DNA of 64,000 nucleotides from Macrostomum lignano (Eukaryota): NCBI GenBank assembly GCA_002269645.1, contig NIVC01001390.1, positions 62,001 to 126,000 of the forward strand, read 5' to 3'. Shown piece by piece: positions 9,740 to 22,086 of this stretch (position 1 is its first letter; each line of letters starts with the position of its first letter). The notes under the pieces were generated by a model. It saw only the letters and a program-made list of their open reading frames with translations, ran no database searches and was not told where the DNA came from. The position numbers and the translations under genes were made by a program.

Positions 9740-10760
9740 GCACACTCTCTCGCCAGCCACCTGCGAATTTCTCGCCCTACAGATCGCCTGCCTCAAGTCC
9801 CGAGCGCGAACTTCAGCAAGCGCTACCGCGAGCTCTGCCACCTGGCCTTCTCTGAGACAACCGCGCGCTCTTACCGCTGCCAGATCGACTCCTGGAAGTG
9901 GTTCAGCAAGCAGATGCGCATCGACAGCACGAGACCGTCCCTGCAGCATCGCGCTGTCCGACCGCCTCTCCTCGCATGCCAGCGTCGGTGCGTACATTAA
10001 CGCCGCAGACCTGCACTGCAAGCTCAAGACCGGCCGCGGCCTTCCTCGCGACCCCCGCATCGACCTGCTCCTCCGCGGTGTGCAGCGCAAACTCGCCAAG
10101 CCGCCGTGCGCAAGGCGCCCATCACTCCGGGTGACCTCCTCAAACTGCGAGGAACCCTGCGCCTGCAGCAGCCTCAAGATGCAGCCTTCGGGGCGGCGGC
10201 CCTGGTCGGATTCTGGGGCCTCCTGCGCCGCGCCAATCTGTGCTGCTCGAAACCCTTCCCACCAGCCGGCGAGGCGGTCACCTGCGGCGACCTGCAAGTA
10301 TCACCGGATCTGGCCATCCTGCACATTCGGCGCTCCAAGACGAATCAGTTCCGCCAGCGAGTGCACCGCGTTGTCCTGCCGCGCCTCCGGCACGCGGCGC
10401 AGTACCCGCTCTGCCCGGTGGCAGCGCTGCTTCACCACCTGCGCATCAACAGCCCGACCGCGCTGCTGCTGCCCACCTCTTTGCCTACCGAAGCAGCGGC
10501 GGCCTGACGCCTCTGACCGGCACCCGGTTCTGTCGCCTGTTTCAGCACGTCGTCCACCGCGCCGGCCTGGCAGACGGTCTCTGTCCCTCACAGCCTTCGA
10601 CGCGGCGGCGCCTCGCTGGCGTTCCGCGCCGGTGTGCCGCTGCCGGTCGTCAAGGCCCTGGGCGACTGGCGGAGCTCGGCGATTGAGGTGTACCTGGAGC
10701 TGGAAAAGGGCTTCGACCTCCAGCTGGCGGCTGTTCGCAAACTGTCTCAATGCCTTTAAT
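9740..10760 (+). pseudogene. Ngaro tyrosine recombinase
   Basis: GFWGLLRRANL, IRRSKTNQF, and HSLRRGGASLAFRAGVPLPVVKALGDWRSSAIEVYL (~10586-10700) carrying the HxxR, W and catalytic Y. Confidence 0.88.
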
Positions 10761-11251
10761 TTTTCGTTTTCCTGCCCTGGGTAGAGGCTGGTGTGCTGTC
10801 TGCTTTCTTTTTCCACTGGCTTGGACTCAAATGCTCAGATTTTTTTTTCTTCTCAACTCGTGTTTCTTTTTTTTCTTATTTCGTATTTTATCTTTTTCTT
10901 GCAATGATGACTGTTGTTTTATCGATTAAGTGCTTTTTTAATGACCGTTTATTTTATTTTTGCTTGCAAGCGTGTCCCAGCATTCTGCGTGCCCCCCGTT
11001 TTTCTTTCACTATTTTCCCATCATTTTTCGGATTTTGGACCGTCGTATCCACTCGCACTGTACTCGATACTCGCAACCACTCACGTCCGCCTTCCCTTTC
11101 CTTGGGGTGTGATGTTTAAAGAAAAAAATTACTGTATGCACATTTTATCTTACTGACAGTAGTATTTAATGCTTAGCAATCATCGTATTCATCGTTCATC
11201 ATTCAGTTTAAATAAGTTTTTTACTCACTAGGGAAAAAGAAGATAAATGGC

Positions 11252-11908
11252 TGTGTCTTTGCACGGCGCTGCCAGAAGCGGGACTTTGAGTCGCTGTTAC
11301 CAGAGACTGTCTTTGCACGGCGCTGCCAGAAGCGGGACTTTGAGTCGCTGTTACCAGAGACTGTCTTTGCACGGCGCTGCCGAAGCGGGACTTTGAGTCG
11401 CTGTTACCAGAGACTGTCTTTGCACGGCGCTGCCGAAGCGGGACTTTGAGTCGCTGTTACCAGAGACTGTCTTTGCACGGCGCTGCCAGAAGCGGGACTT
11501 TGAGTCGCTGTTACCAGAGACTGTCTTTGCACGGCGCTGCCAGAAGCGGGACTTTGAGTCGCTGTTACCAGAGACTGTCTTTGCACGGCGCTGCCAGAAG
11601 CGGGACTTTGAGTCGCTGTTACCAGAGACTGTCTTTGCACGGCGCTGCCGAAAGCGGGACTTTGAGTCGCTGTTACCAGAGACTGTCTTTGCACGGCGCT
11701 GCCAGAAGCGGGACTTGGAGTCGCTGTTACCAGAGACTGTCTTTGCACGGCGCTGCCGAAAGCGGGACTTTGAGTCGCTGTTACCAGAGACTGTCTTTGC
11801 ACGGCGCTGCCAGAAGCGGGACTTTGAGTCGCTGTTACCAGAGACTGTCTTTGCACGGCGCTGCCGAAAGCGGGACTTTGAGTCGCTGTTACCAGAGACT
11901 GTCTTTGC
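11252..11908. repeat. 54-bp minisatellite, ~12 near-identical copies
   Basis: Unit ctgtctttgcacggcgctgccagaagcgggactttgagtcgctgttaccagaga with no spacers. Confidence 0.95.
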
Positions 11909-12506
11909 AACCATAAAGTAAAGTAAAGCAGCTGGCTTCCTGTGCGATGCGACCGCCTCTTTAATCGGTCACCGCCATGATGCTTTAGCTGCTGAAAAAG
12001 TGCCAGTGAAAAAGACTTCCTTAATCGGAATCGTTACTTCTGCAAGGGATTATATTCGTATAATAGTTGCTTTTAATTAAGTTTGATTAAATTTTCAAGC
12101 CTATATATAGTTTTTCGTGAGGTGCAGGAGATGTATTCCATTTTAAATAGCTTTTGTATAAAATATTGTAAGTTGCAAGCTAAATTGTATAAAATTTGTT
12201 TAATTAAAATATAGCTGCAGAAATATAACGAATTCGAAATGCAGTATACTTGAATAAAATAAAAATGAATTAAAATTAAATATGCGGTACATATTACTCA
12301 TATTAAAACTTTAAAAAGTATTACTTTCAATTTATGAACGTATTTTTTATTATTTTCGGTGTCAGAGTTTCATGAAATTGAAGAAAACGAGACATTTTTG
12401 ATAACTCAGCAAGATCCCAAATTTTACTCCAAAACGTTTTCAATATATTTTTCTCAGTTCTATGAGTTGTTTGGTAATTTCTTTGGAACTTTTCTTCCGA
12501 CCAAGC

Positions 12507-14480
12507 TTAATCAAACCGACACAAATTCTTGAGACTAGCGCAACAATTCGTTTGCGTCTGGCCGCAGTAGCTCCTGCGCTGAGATTTTTGATCCGTGTTG
12601 CGCAGGTACTCGATGTAGGTTTTCCACCCCCCACATTGGTCGCCCCATATGTCGCCAAAGAAGCAGCTCTCGTCTGCAGCGGGTGCTGCTTCGTCGGCAA
12701 CGCACTGGCCGTCCCAATTGCAGCTCTTCTTGTTGCCACAGGGCGACCCGACTGGGGCGCGGAAGCCGGTGCTAGTTGTTCCGTGAGCGTGGTCGGCCTT
12801 TAAGAGGCAGTGCATTTTGGCGCACAGCAGAGCCGGGTTTGCTTTAACGTCCTCCGTCAAGAAAATGTTGCCGGGACTCGATGGGTAATTGAGACGGCAC
12901 ACCTGATCGAGGGACATGCGAGCTCCTTCGCGGACAGAGCTTGTCAGTTGGCTGATGGGGGTGCCTTGACGAGACTGCAGACACGCTGCTTTTCCTGGTT
13001 AGGCATTCAAATATTTTTGACGTATCAATGTTTTTCACTTCTTTGCGTCGAAGCTTAAGAAAAGCTCTGATTTCCAAATTAGACAATTCCTTGGAAAGAA
13101 AACAACTCAAAGAAACGCGAAAAGCTTACCGGAGTCGAGATAGGTCCTGATCTGCCTCACTGTGCATGGAGAGAACCGGTAGGAATTTGCTATGTTGCTG
13201 AGATCGTAGGATGTAGCGGCAGGCGACATTATGAACTTCAGATCCATTTCGCATCCGGGTTCGTTATTATCGTGACTGGCCCCCAAGTTGTGCGCGAGCT
13301 CGTGCGCGGCCGTCATCCAGCTGTGGAGGCCGGAATCTTCGACAACGCTGACCTTCGTCTCTTGGCAGGCGCTATTTTCAAAAGCGACTCCTGTCACCGC
13401 AGAGTTCTTGCCTAGCGAAATGTCTCTCCGGGTGAAGCCCATCACGTGATCGGCTCTGTCGCCTTTCGAGTACGCTCGGATTCTGCCGAGAGTGGCACCA
13501 CCATCGCTTGCTAAAAAATCAGTTTGAGAGAACACTTCAACGCTGAAATAGTTTTTAAATTATTCATTATTCAAATTACTACTCTCTCAACGCCTTTTCG
13601 CTGTTTTCGGACGCCCAGAACCCCCTGCAGCTAATTCGGGTATGTCAAGTAAGACAAAAGCACACTAAAGCGCGTACCATCAGCCGAGCTATCCGGAGGC
13701 ATCCACTTTGCATCGGCTTCAGTCTTGGCTACTGTTAACCCAATGCACCTGACACTGATTGACGGACTGCCGATGTTCCTGAAGACCGTGTCCATGCCAA
13801 TCACAATGTGAGAATAGTAGAAGTGCAGCTCAGTCAGGGCTTTGTCATCCGTACCGAAAATTGTCTTGAAAGCCTTCCAAACGGTGTGATCAATGAGGAT
13901 GTGAATCTCGACTTCGTATTCGGTAGCCTCTCGGTTCACTCGGCGTTTCTTGCGACTCAGCAACTGCTCGGGCTGCGTCATCCGCGTTTTGGTTTTGGAG
14001 ACGCGGTGCCCAGAGTCGCCGATCGGCTGGATGACATACGAGGTGCCTTTGTGCGTCACGTGACCGCTGATGCGCTTTGTGCCGTTCTCGTGTCGAACGC
14101 TGATCACTGACTTGCTATCAACGTTTCTGTAGTGAGCTTGATCTCCGTGTTGAGCTTGTCGGCCAGAGAACGTCCTGGAGACTCCACCGTCCGTCACAGT
14201 GACCACAGCGCCATCCAACGGAGCAGTCTTGGTCAGCGGGATGCGGACTTTCTTGTCGGTGTCGGGCAGCTGGAGCTCGATCTCCATGGAGGACGGGTGA
14301 GGTCCGTCACCGCTGGATTGCGTCACGGACACCGAGGCCTGGGCTGCCGCAGAGACGGCCAGAAATATAGCTAAAATATTGAGCACGTACGACTCGTAAA
14401 CATACGTAATCCTGAAGCATATGCAGTTGACTCCACAGAGCTTCTGTAAGTTCTGTGGTTAACTCACCTATTTTCAGCAT
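12507..14480 (-). CDS. Secreted reprolysin (M12B) ADAM/ADAMTS-like metalloprotease, paralogue A
   Basis: Exons 14480-14468, 14370-13678, 13510-13130 and 12994-12507, all GT-AG phase 1, giving an open frame. Signal peptide MLKIAIFLAVSAAAQA, furin site RKKRR, HELAHNLGASHD, Met-turn FIMSP, Cys-rich ADAM-type domain. Confidence 0.92.
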
Positions 14481-16334
14481 TTTCATCGGTTTTTTTTCGG
14501 TTTGCTGCCACGTGTGCGGGCACTGAAGCGTAAGATAGAGATTATTACATCGTTAATAGAAACATACCGGATAGAAAAATACAAAAGAGGAGAATAAATG
14601 CATAAAAAGAAAGACTAATCAGTCAAGGCGTGTCTGTTTTGGTAAAAAATATTGTGGCAATTTATTAATTATAAAGCTGCCGCAGCGCATGCAAGGACTA
14701 CTTAACTAACATACATAGTTGTCCTTGAGCGCATGTTGTTGTAGGACTAGTTAGTTGTGTTAGTGCTATTATGGGCTGTATCTGAATGAAGTTAATTTAC
14801 GATTAAACGAAACATTTATTGGAGAGCATGCATGTATTGTTATCGAAACTTATTAACAAACGCTGTATTAAATTGATTGGATAGAATTGATTGTACAAAA
14901 ACTTTTAGTTCGGATTGTATTGCTATAAAGTTCAAATTGAATGGGCTTAAGTATGAATAAAATGATTATCTTTAATACTTTTTTGCCAGTAGCGTTTTTT
15001 TAGTTATAACGCAAGATCTGTTCTCGCAGTGGAATGCGGACAATGTACGGAAGTGAAATTTCTATGTATTGAGTTTAACTTGTTTTAACTCGTGCTTGAA
15101 CAAGTGCTACCAGCTAGCTAGCTTTGGGTGGAGTTATGCTTGCCCAATCTATCATATTGATCCAGTTTTAGCTAGACTTGTCTCTATTATACTTAACTTT
15201 TTTTTCTCTCAAGAAGTTTTTGTTGAAATTAAAAAATTAAAAAAAACTCAGTCTCACCTCGATAGATTATTTCCAAGAAAATTCGAAAGTATCGAACAAT
15301 TATTCTCCAATGCTACAGAAATTCTTGTCTGTAATTTTTTTATTGCAGTCTACAAGCTCGTGAATACGAATTCTGATCGATGGTCGGTTTGACGAACCAC
15401 AAGTATAAATACTTTGATGCAGTGTTAAAAAATAATTAGTGCAAGTCAGGAAACGAAATGGATGTGTGGACGCTCACATATAGAAAATTGCATTCCCATG
15501 CGTCATGCATACTCTTCCCGGGTGCTCTGGACAGCTTCAAACTGATATACGACTCGTACGCTCGCTGTCAACGATATGTCAAAGCGTTTATACAGTGCGG
15601 CTATTTCAAACCTTTCAACAGTCTGTTGTATCATCAAGCATGAAAAATCCAGTCATTTAACCCTCTGAAACTTCTGCGAAGCAACTGATTTGCTAAAATG
15701 CTAACATTATAGAGTAGTAATATTCTTAAATTTTGAAATTTGGGAGTGCATAAAATTATACTCTACTAATCAAGAATGTTTATTGACTCGTTGCCTGATC
15801 GAATCCATCAAGCATGCTATCGATTTGAAATTTTGCCCTGCATCTTATGCTACAGCTTAAATTCGAACGTGTCGAAGTGTTCAAGAAAGTTCGACACGAA
15901 TTGAATTTTTTAAAAACGATCGACTTCAGTTGGAATAACAATCCCCGGAAATTGCTGGTGCTTGATTTTTTTAGTTTTAATGGCATTTATGAGACAGAGA
16001 AGATGCGCTCTCACGAACATTTTTTTTCGAAAATCACTAGTAGCGTCGTGGGTCGTGGAAGGGTAATTTATTATTTACGGAATTTAATATCCGGACTGGT
16101 AAGTTCTGGCATTTCAATGACTATAGTTGTCAAGTCCAAGCTGGCAATCGTTGTTGCCAAAGTCGTGGCCAGGAATTAATTGAGCTTAACCAATATCCGC
16201 TACAACTGCGATCAAAAGCATAAAAACGAAGACGGTCAGTGGTTGATCCTTGCCGATAAAGATAAGCCCACTTAAACCTTGTGTCTGAGTGGAACAGAAA
16301 CCTACAAATTGTCCTTTAGACCCGCGCTCTGAAA

Positions 16335-18227
16335 ATGCTGCGCATTGGTAAGTAGTCATTTATCATTCATGTGTCACAACACACATCGAAGCAAGTTTTC
16401 AGTGTAATTATCTTATCAATTTTGCAGTCATATTTCTGCTCGCTGTTGCTGCGGCCCAGGCTTCAGTGTCTGTGACTAGATCCAGCAACGATGGACCGCA
16501 TCCTTCGTCTATGGAGATCGAAGTGCAACTGCCCAGCACGAACAAGAAGGTCCGCATTCCATTGGAAAAGACTGACGCCTTTGAGAGTGTGCCAATGACC
16601 GTGAGAGAGAATGGAGTCTCCAGGACTTTTTCAGCTCGCCAAGCTCACCACGCGAGTCACGCTCACTACAGGGACATCGAGAGCAAGTCTGTCATCAGTG
16701 TTCGACACGAGAAGGGAAAGAAACGCTTCAGCGGTCACGTGATGCACGAAGGTACATCCTATTTCGTCAAGCCAAGCGGTGCTTCAGAGCATCAAGTCAC
16801 ACGCAACATTGCCCAGCCAGACGGTATTGAGTCGCAGATTGACAAGTCGAAGGTCATGCAAGTAATGAGCCGCAAGAAGCGTCAGTCCAATCAAGCTGCT
16901 ACAGATCTTGAGGTGGAGCTCCTTTTGCTTCTGGACCACACTGTGTGGAACGCGTTTAAGACAATTTACAGCACTGATGCTGCAGCTATGACAGAGCTTC
17001 ACTATTATTACACGCACATTTTGAACGGAATCGATACAGCGTTCAGAAACGTCGGAAACCCATCTATGAGTGTCAAGTGCACCGGCCTCACCGTGGCAAA
17101 GACGCAGGCTGATTCGCAATGGATGCCTCCAGCTGGTTCCTCTGACGGTAAGTACGATAAATTTTGCTAATAATTCTGAAATAGCTAAATCTATTAAATT
17201 ATCACTTCTCAATCCGCTACTGAACAGCAACCGACGCCAGTGCAATCCTCGGCTACATCAAGTCTTACGCCGTTGGCAAGACTGCCGATCACGTGATGGC
17301 GTTTACGCGCACGGATATCCAGAGTGGCGGCAACACCGCAGTGTGCGGCATGGCTTACGTTGGAGGCGCCTGTCAGGACACGCGAGTTAGCATCAATGAG
17401 GACCAGGGCTTGCAAAGCTGGGGCACAGCGTCTCACGAGCTGGCCCACAACATGGGATCCGATCACGACAATGACCAACCGGCGTGCAAAGTGGCTTACA
17501 AGTTCCTAATGTCGCCTTCTGCGGGGTCATACTCCCTTAGCGACGTCGCCAACTCGTATAGGTTTTCTCCCTGCACAGTGACCTTCATGAAAAACTATCT
17601 GGCTACAGGTACGCAGCACAAATCTAACACAAGGACTACTAGACTTGTTCCTAGTGTTCATAGTGGTCCTTGATCTAACATACAGGCTTTTTGCAAAATT
17701 ATTGAAAAATTACAAATAGTTATAAAATTTACAACTTATTAGGCAAGGCCGAGTGCTTGAAGTCGCGTCAAGGCTCTCCAGACTCCTCTGTGGCTACAAC
17801 GACTCGCGAAGGTGGTCGCATGACCCTGGACCAGGTGTGTCGCCTCGCCTATCCATCCAGTCCGGGCAAGTTCTTCCTCACTGATGACGTCTCTTCTAAT
17901 CCGGCACTGATCTGCGCCAAGATCTTCTGCACACCGACCGCCGGCTCTTCAAGCGGAGTGACTGGCGGCGGTCTCCGGGCCCCCGTTGGCACACCCTGCG
18001 GCAACAAGAAGAGCTGCAACTGGGACGGCCAGTGCGCTAGCGACACCTCCGCTCCCGAAGCCGACGAGAGCTGCTTCTGGGGTGACTCCTGGGGCGACAC
18101 GTGCACAGGATGGAAGGACTATATCAAGTACCTGCGAGACAATAATGACCTTGGAAACGCTAAGACCTACTGCGGACAGTGTCAGAGTGGTTGCTGCCGA
18201 TCTGTCAAGACTCTGTGCACATTCTAA
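16335..18227 (+). CDS. Secreted reprolysin (M12B) ADAM/ADAMTS-like metalloprotease, paralogue B
   Basis: Exons 16335-16347, 16428-17147, 17228-17608 and 17743-18227 with the same phases as paralogue A. Signal peptide MLRIVIFLLAVAAAQA, RKKR, HELAHNMGSDHD, FLMSP, Cys-rich C-terminus. Confidence 0.92.
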
Positions 18228-18783
18228 CCTAGCTGCCTTCAGCGAGAAAAGCGTCGTAAAAGTCTTAAGTCAAAATCTAACTTAACTCTTTAAATCTCTT
18301 GGTTTCTGGTGTCGTATTATTTTCGATTGTCCGACTGAAATAAAAAAGCTGAAATGACAATATTTTCGCATACGCGGTTCTAAGAACTTTGAAAACGAGA
18401 AAGACTTAAGAGCAAAATGCGCCAGCCTTAATCCTCACTTTTTTTCTACTATTTAGTCTCGCGCTACGACTATTGAGGTGTCTATTAAGAGTAAAACATT
18501 GGAATACACACAGGTGATACTTGAGCTTGACTGCAGATGCATCTTATGCCTCGTTCATTCTGTTTGAAATTTTTTCGGAAAAAAAACTTTATGATGCTAT
18601 TAGTAGTGACTCGCCAATTCAAAACAACTGTTGGCTCTGCATATCCAGGACTTCATTGAGTATGAAAATCCGGGAATTCGAAAAGAAATCTTTTTAAAAT
18701 AAATTTTCGCTTAAGCTGTATCTCGGAGCCGAGTTAATTTCTGATACTTTCTCTTCTTTACAGCCGGTAGAAAATACAAAAAT

Positions 18784-19454
18784 ATGCGATTTCTTGCCAT
18801 GCAGCGCTTCTTACCGCCAAGCTGCTGCCACTAGCAACAGGTAGCGCCGTCCGCTACCACGATGACCCTGCAGAGCGTGAAGACCATCAACTAGCTGAAG
18901 CCATCGACGATATTAACAGTGAAGAGGAAGCCACTGAAAGTCAAGATTCTTCAGCTGAGGAAAGCCTTCCTAACGACCACGAAGATGGAGAAGATGACGT
19001 AAGTTTTTTTGCGACCGACTCGTTGTTTTGAATTTCGCTAGTTCATGTCTACATAAAATAACGATACCAAAAAACAAACAAACAGGAAATCGATCAAGCG
19101 GAGAAACAGTCCCGATTCAGAAGGATTCGGCGTGCAGCAAAACAAATCAAGCGGGTTTTTAAACGATATGGGTGGAATCGACGTCGGCCGATCTGGGGTC
19201 GAGGTCGCGGCCGTTGGGGACGACCCTGGCGACGCCACTGGGGAGGATGGCGCCGGAACGGAAGATCAAGGAAGACTATGGTTCCACCGACACCTAAAAC
19301 TACTCGAGCATCTTTGACAACAGCCCGTCCGCCAACAACGCAGCGCGTTACTACTGAGTCGCCGCCGCCAGCTACGACGCCGAATAGGCCGCCACCGCCG
19401 CCCGGCCCGATACCACAGATTGAGGGTGGCAACGATTTTGGCGAGTTGGAATAA
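18784..19454 (+). CDS. Secreted precursor: signal peptide, acidic propiece, Arg/Trp-rich cationic peptide, Thr/Pro tail (AMP-like); one 1-nt frameshift in exon 1
   Basis: Exon 1 18784-18998 (215 nt, one base short near 18800) ends GAT GAC|gtaagt. Exon 2 19086-19454 is open in phase 0: EIDQAEKQSRFRRIRRAAKQIKRVFKRYGWNRRRPIWGRGRGRWGRPWRRHWGGWRRNGRSRK...GELE*. Confidence 0.75.
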
Positions 19455-19782
19455 GAAAAAACAAAAAAAAACTTTCGTTTACAAAACTTTGATATACGTT
19501 TAACCAGTTGATCAGACCCGTTTTCCATAAAAAATATAGTTGATTGAAAAATTGATAGTACACTCGTATACAAAAAAATAAACTATTCTCCTACATTAGC
19601 TACTCCATGGGTAGTTATAAGAGCTATTACTTTTTTTAAATAAGACTTTTCATAACCTTATTCACGATAGAAGTGCTATAACTTTGCAACATATGTATTA
19701 CGGCAGAGGATATCATATCGTGATAGTAGCGTATAGATAGTGAATTAAATAAATATTTAGCATATGTGAATAATATCACTCC

Positions 19783-19786
<4 letters not shown>

Positions 19787-19833
<47 letters not shown>

Positions 19834-19840
19834 TTCTCTC
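19787..19840. repeat. (CT)n microsatellite
   Basis: Direct inspection. Confidence 0.95.
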
Positions 19841-20564
19841 TGTGTGTGTCTCCCTGCTCTTATATCTCAGTCTCTTTCGCCCCTCCCCCTAATAGATCGT
19901 TTAACCTGCCAGCTAAACTAGCTCATACTGGCCATTGATAGTCTACGCCCTTCGGCACAATGTAAAATGAATATTCAGAGAATGAAAAACTGTGCAGCAA
20001 AAACACAGACAATAGGATCACTGATATTGTAGACAAGAAAATATTGGGATGAAAAGCATCCATGATTTATTAGTTCAGCTGTCTCCGGTTGGAAAAATCA
20101 CAAGCAAAATAAACTACTAACTCATCCAAATCCAGGTTTGAAGTTTGCTAGAAGATCCGTGTTGTGCAGATGCTTTTAATTTGTGTTGGTTTTGGGTAGC
20201 AAAAATGAAGCAAGTTGAAGCTAAGGGAAATGGCTTTGAGACGCTAATTTAATACGTACTTTGAGCAATCTATGGTAGAAATAGATTAATTTGCGATCAG
20301 ACAGCCGTCAATCAGCTCCAGAGAATATCGAGCGCTATATTCTCTGATCAGCTCCTATATATTGTCTCCTAAGTTTTTTCAGTGATTTTTTCATCATTTG
20401 AGTGAAATTTTAGCGCTGTTTATTAGTGTCGCATATGAGGACTCGACCCCCTGCAGGCACAGATTTAGAAATCTGTACAGTCAAATGTCACTGATAGTCA
20501 AGTGTCACTGACAGTCAAATATCACTGGGAAGGCACTCGGAGAAGGCCAGGGAAGAGGGTTCCT

Positions 20565-20865
20565 CTTTGGGAGATCTGAGGGAGATTTTAGAGTTCTGAA
20601 GGAGATCTGAGGGAGATCTGAGGAAGATCTGAGGGAGATCTGAGGAAGATCTGAGGGAGATCTGAGGGATATCTGAGGGAGATCTGAGGGAGATCTGAGG
20701 GAGATCTGAGAGAGATCTGAGGGAGATCTGAGGAAGATCTGAGGGAGATCTGAGGGAGATCTGAGGGAGATCTGAGGGAATCTGAGGGAATGTGAGGGAT
20801 ATCTCGGGGAGATCTGAGGGAGATCTGAGGGAGATCTGAGGGAGATCTGAGAAATCTGAGGGAAA
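20565..20865. repeat. 11-bp minisatellite (ggagatctgag)
   Basis: Direct inspection. Confidence 0.92.
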
Positions 20866-21204
20866 GAGTAACATAGAGATACCCACATTTTACAGGTAGA
20901 TGGCTACATGTAGCAGAAATTTAAAATAAAAAATCGACAATCCAACAGCCTTTAGTTAGAAGAAAACTGACCTATCGAGACTATATATTTATAATAATTA
21001 CAAATTTATCAGGAGATGTTATTTAGCAAAAATTCGCGCCGATGTTTCACTGATTTGGAAGCAGCAAACAACTTTAATATTGAAAAGTTATTCATTTTGC
21101 CGAACCGTCCTTTATTCGTCCACTTCTTGCCACTTCTTTGTCAGCCTCTCCGCATCCTGCAGTTTAGTAGATAGCTTGTATTGTACTGATGCTATAGAAG
21201 GGAA

Positions 21205-22086
21205 CGTCAATTTAAGTTCCTAAACAGAGCCCGAGGTAAAGACGCTGACCGAATGTAATCGGTCACTTGTCGGACCATAGGACAAAAAACATGGGAGATG
21301 CTCGCAGAAGTTAGAACTTTTTTTCAACTTCAGACTTTAGCTTTGGTCCGGAAATCTATTGAACAAGATTAACAGCTCCGACCCGACGTCCACATGCTGC
21401 CAATGAAGCTTCTCTATCCCGTCCTCGGGTCCTTTGAAACTTTACAATAGCAAGCCCGTTCGATTGAGGTTTGTGTCTATTCTCAGCTCTCTTCTCTCCT
21501 ATCTTATCCCTTCTCTCCTCTCTCATCTTATCTCTCCTCTTTGCTATCCTTTTCTCTCCTCTCCTCTCGTGTCGCAGCTAGGGTTGTAGCCTAGTGGTCA
21601 AAGACTTGAAGGTCGGGGGTTCGATTCCCGAATCCCACTGGAACAATTTGTGTCCTTGAGAAGACACTTAACTCTGCATTGCTTCATTTCACCCAGCTGT
21701 AAAATGGGTGCCAGCATTAGCTGGGGTAACTGAGGGTGTGTGTGGCGACCCCCCAGTCCTTGGAGTGAACAGCCGTGAACACCTTCTCTCATCCCTCTCT
21801 CCCTCATATCTTATCTCATCTTTCTTCTCCTTCCCTCATTCCCTCTCTTTTCCTCTCTCATCTACCCGCCTTCTTGAGCCAACAAACTCCAAGGGTTTAG
21901 ACTCACATCGAAATCTGCAAACGGATCTTCAGCGGTACCAATTTCGCTATCGACCAAGCTTTTGGCCGTCTCTGCCAGCTGCTCATCGAAATCGTCATCA
22001 TGACTTTTCTCGCTGTCGCAGCAGACCTGAGTCACTAGCAACACAGCTAGACAGACTCCGAAAAATAGTTGACTCCTCAAGCGCAT
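21205..22086 (-). pseudogene. Second signal-peptide/acidic-propiece precursor gene, downstream exon disrupted
   Basis: Exon 1 22086-21907 MRLRSQLFFGVCLAVLLVTQVCCDSEKSHDDDFDEQLAE...DFD|gtgagt (phase 0). Next acceptor at 21431 reads DPRTG*RSFIGSMW... with four in-frame stops. Confidence 0.55.
21578..21780 (+). mobile_element. tRNA-derived SINE with CORE-like domain
   Basis: A-box gtagcctagtgg, B-box ggttcgattccc (21618-21629), then gtgtccttgagaagacacttaac...cccagctgtaaaatggg resembling the MIR/CORE consensus. Lies in intron 1 of the minus-strand precursor gene. Confidence 0.75.

Larger units (their letters stand above)
7022..10760 (+). mobile_element. Ngaro-type DIRS (tyrosine recombinase) retrotransposon, decayed
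   Basis: Order Gag (CCCH plus CCHC-like fingers), RT, RNase H, YR; GC-rich against the flanks; many stops and frameshifts. Confidence 0.88.

Noticed and set aside
7073-10816. Many antisense and alternative-frame ORFs in the GC-rich element
   Set aside because: Shadow ORFs of the Ngaro coding strand.
11252-11908. CRISPR-like appearance of the 54-bp array
   Set aside because: Units are contiguous with no unique spacers, there are no cas genes, and the context is eukaryotic.
21205-21431. Stop-codon readthrough or selenocysteine recoding of the second precursor
   Set aside because: Mixed TAG/TAA/TGA stops and a standard code in all neighbouring genes; pseudogenisation is simpler.
21578-21650. 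tRNA gene
   Set aside because: A and B boxes are present but there is no complete cloverleaf, and it continues into a CORE-like SINE body.
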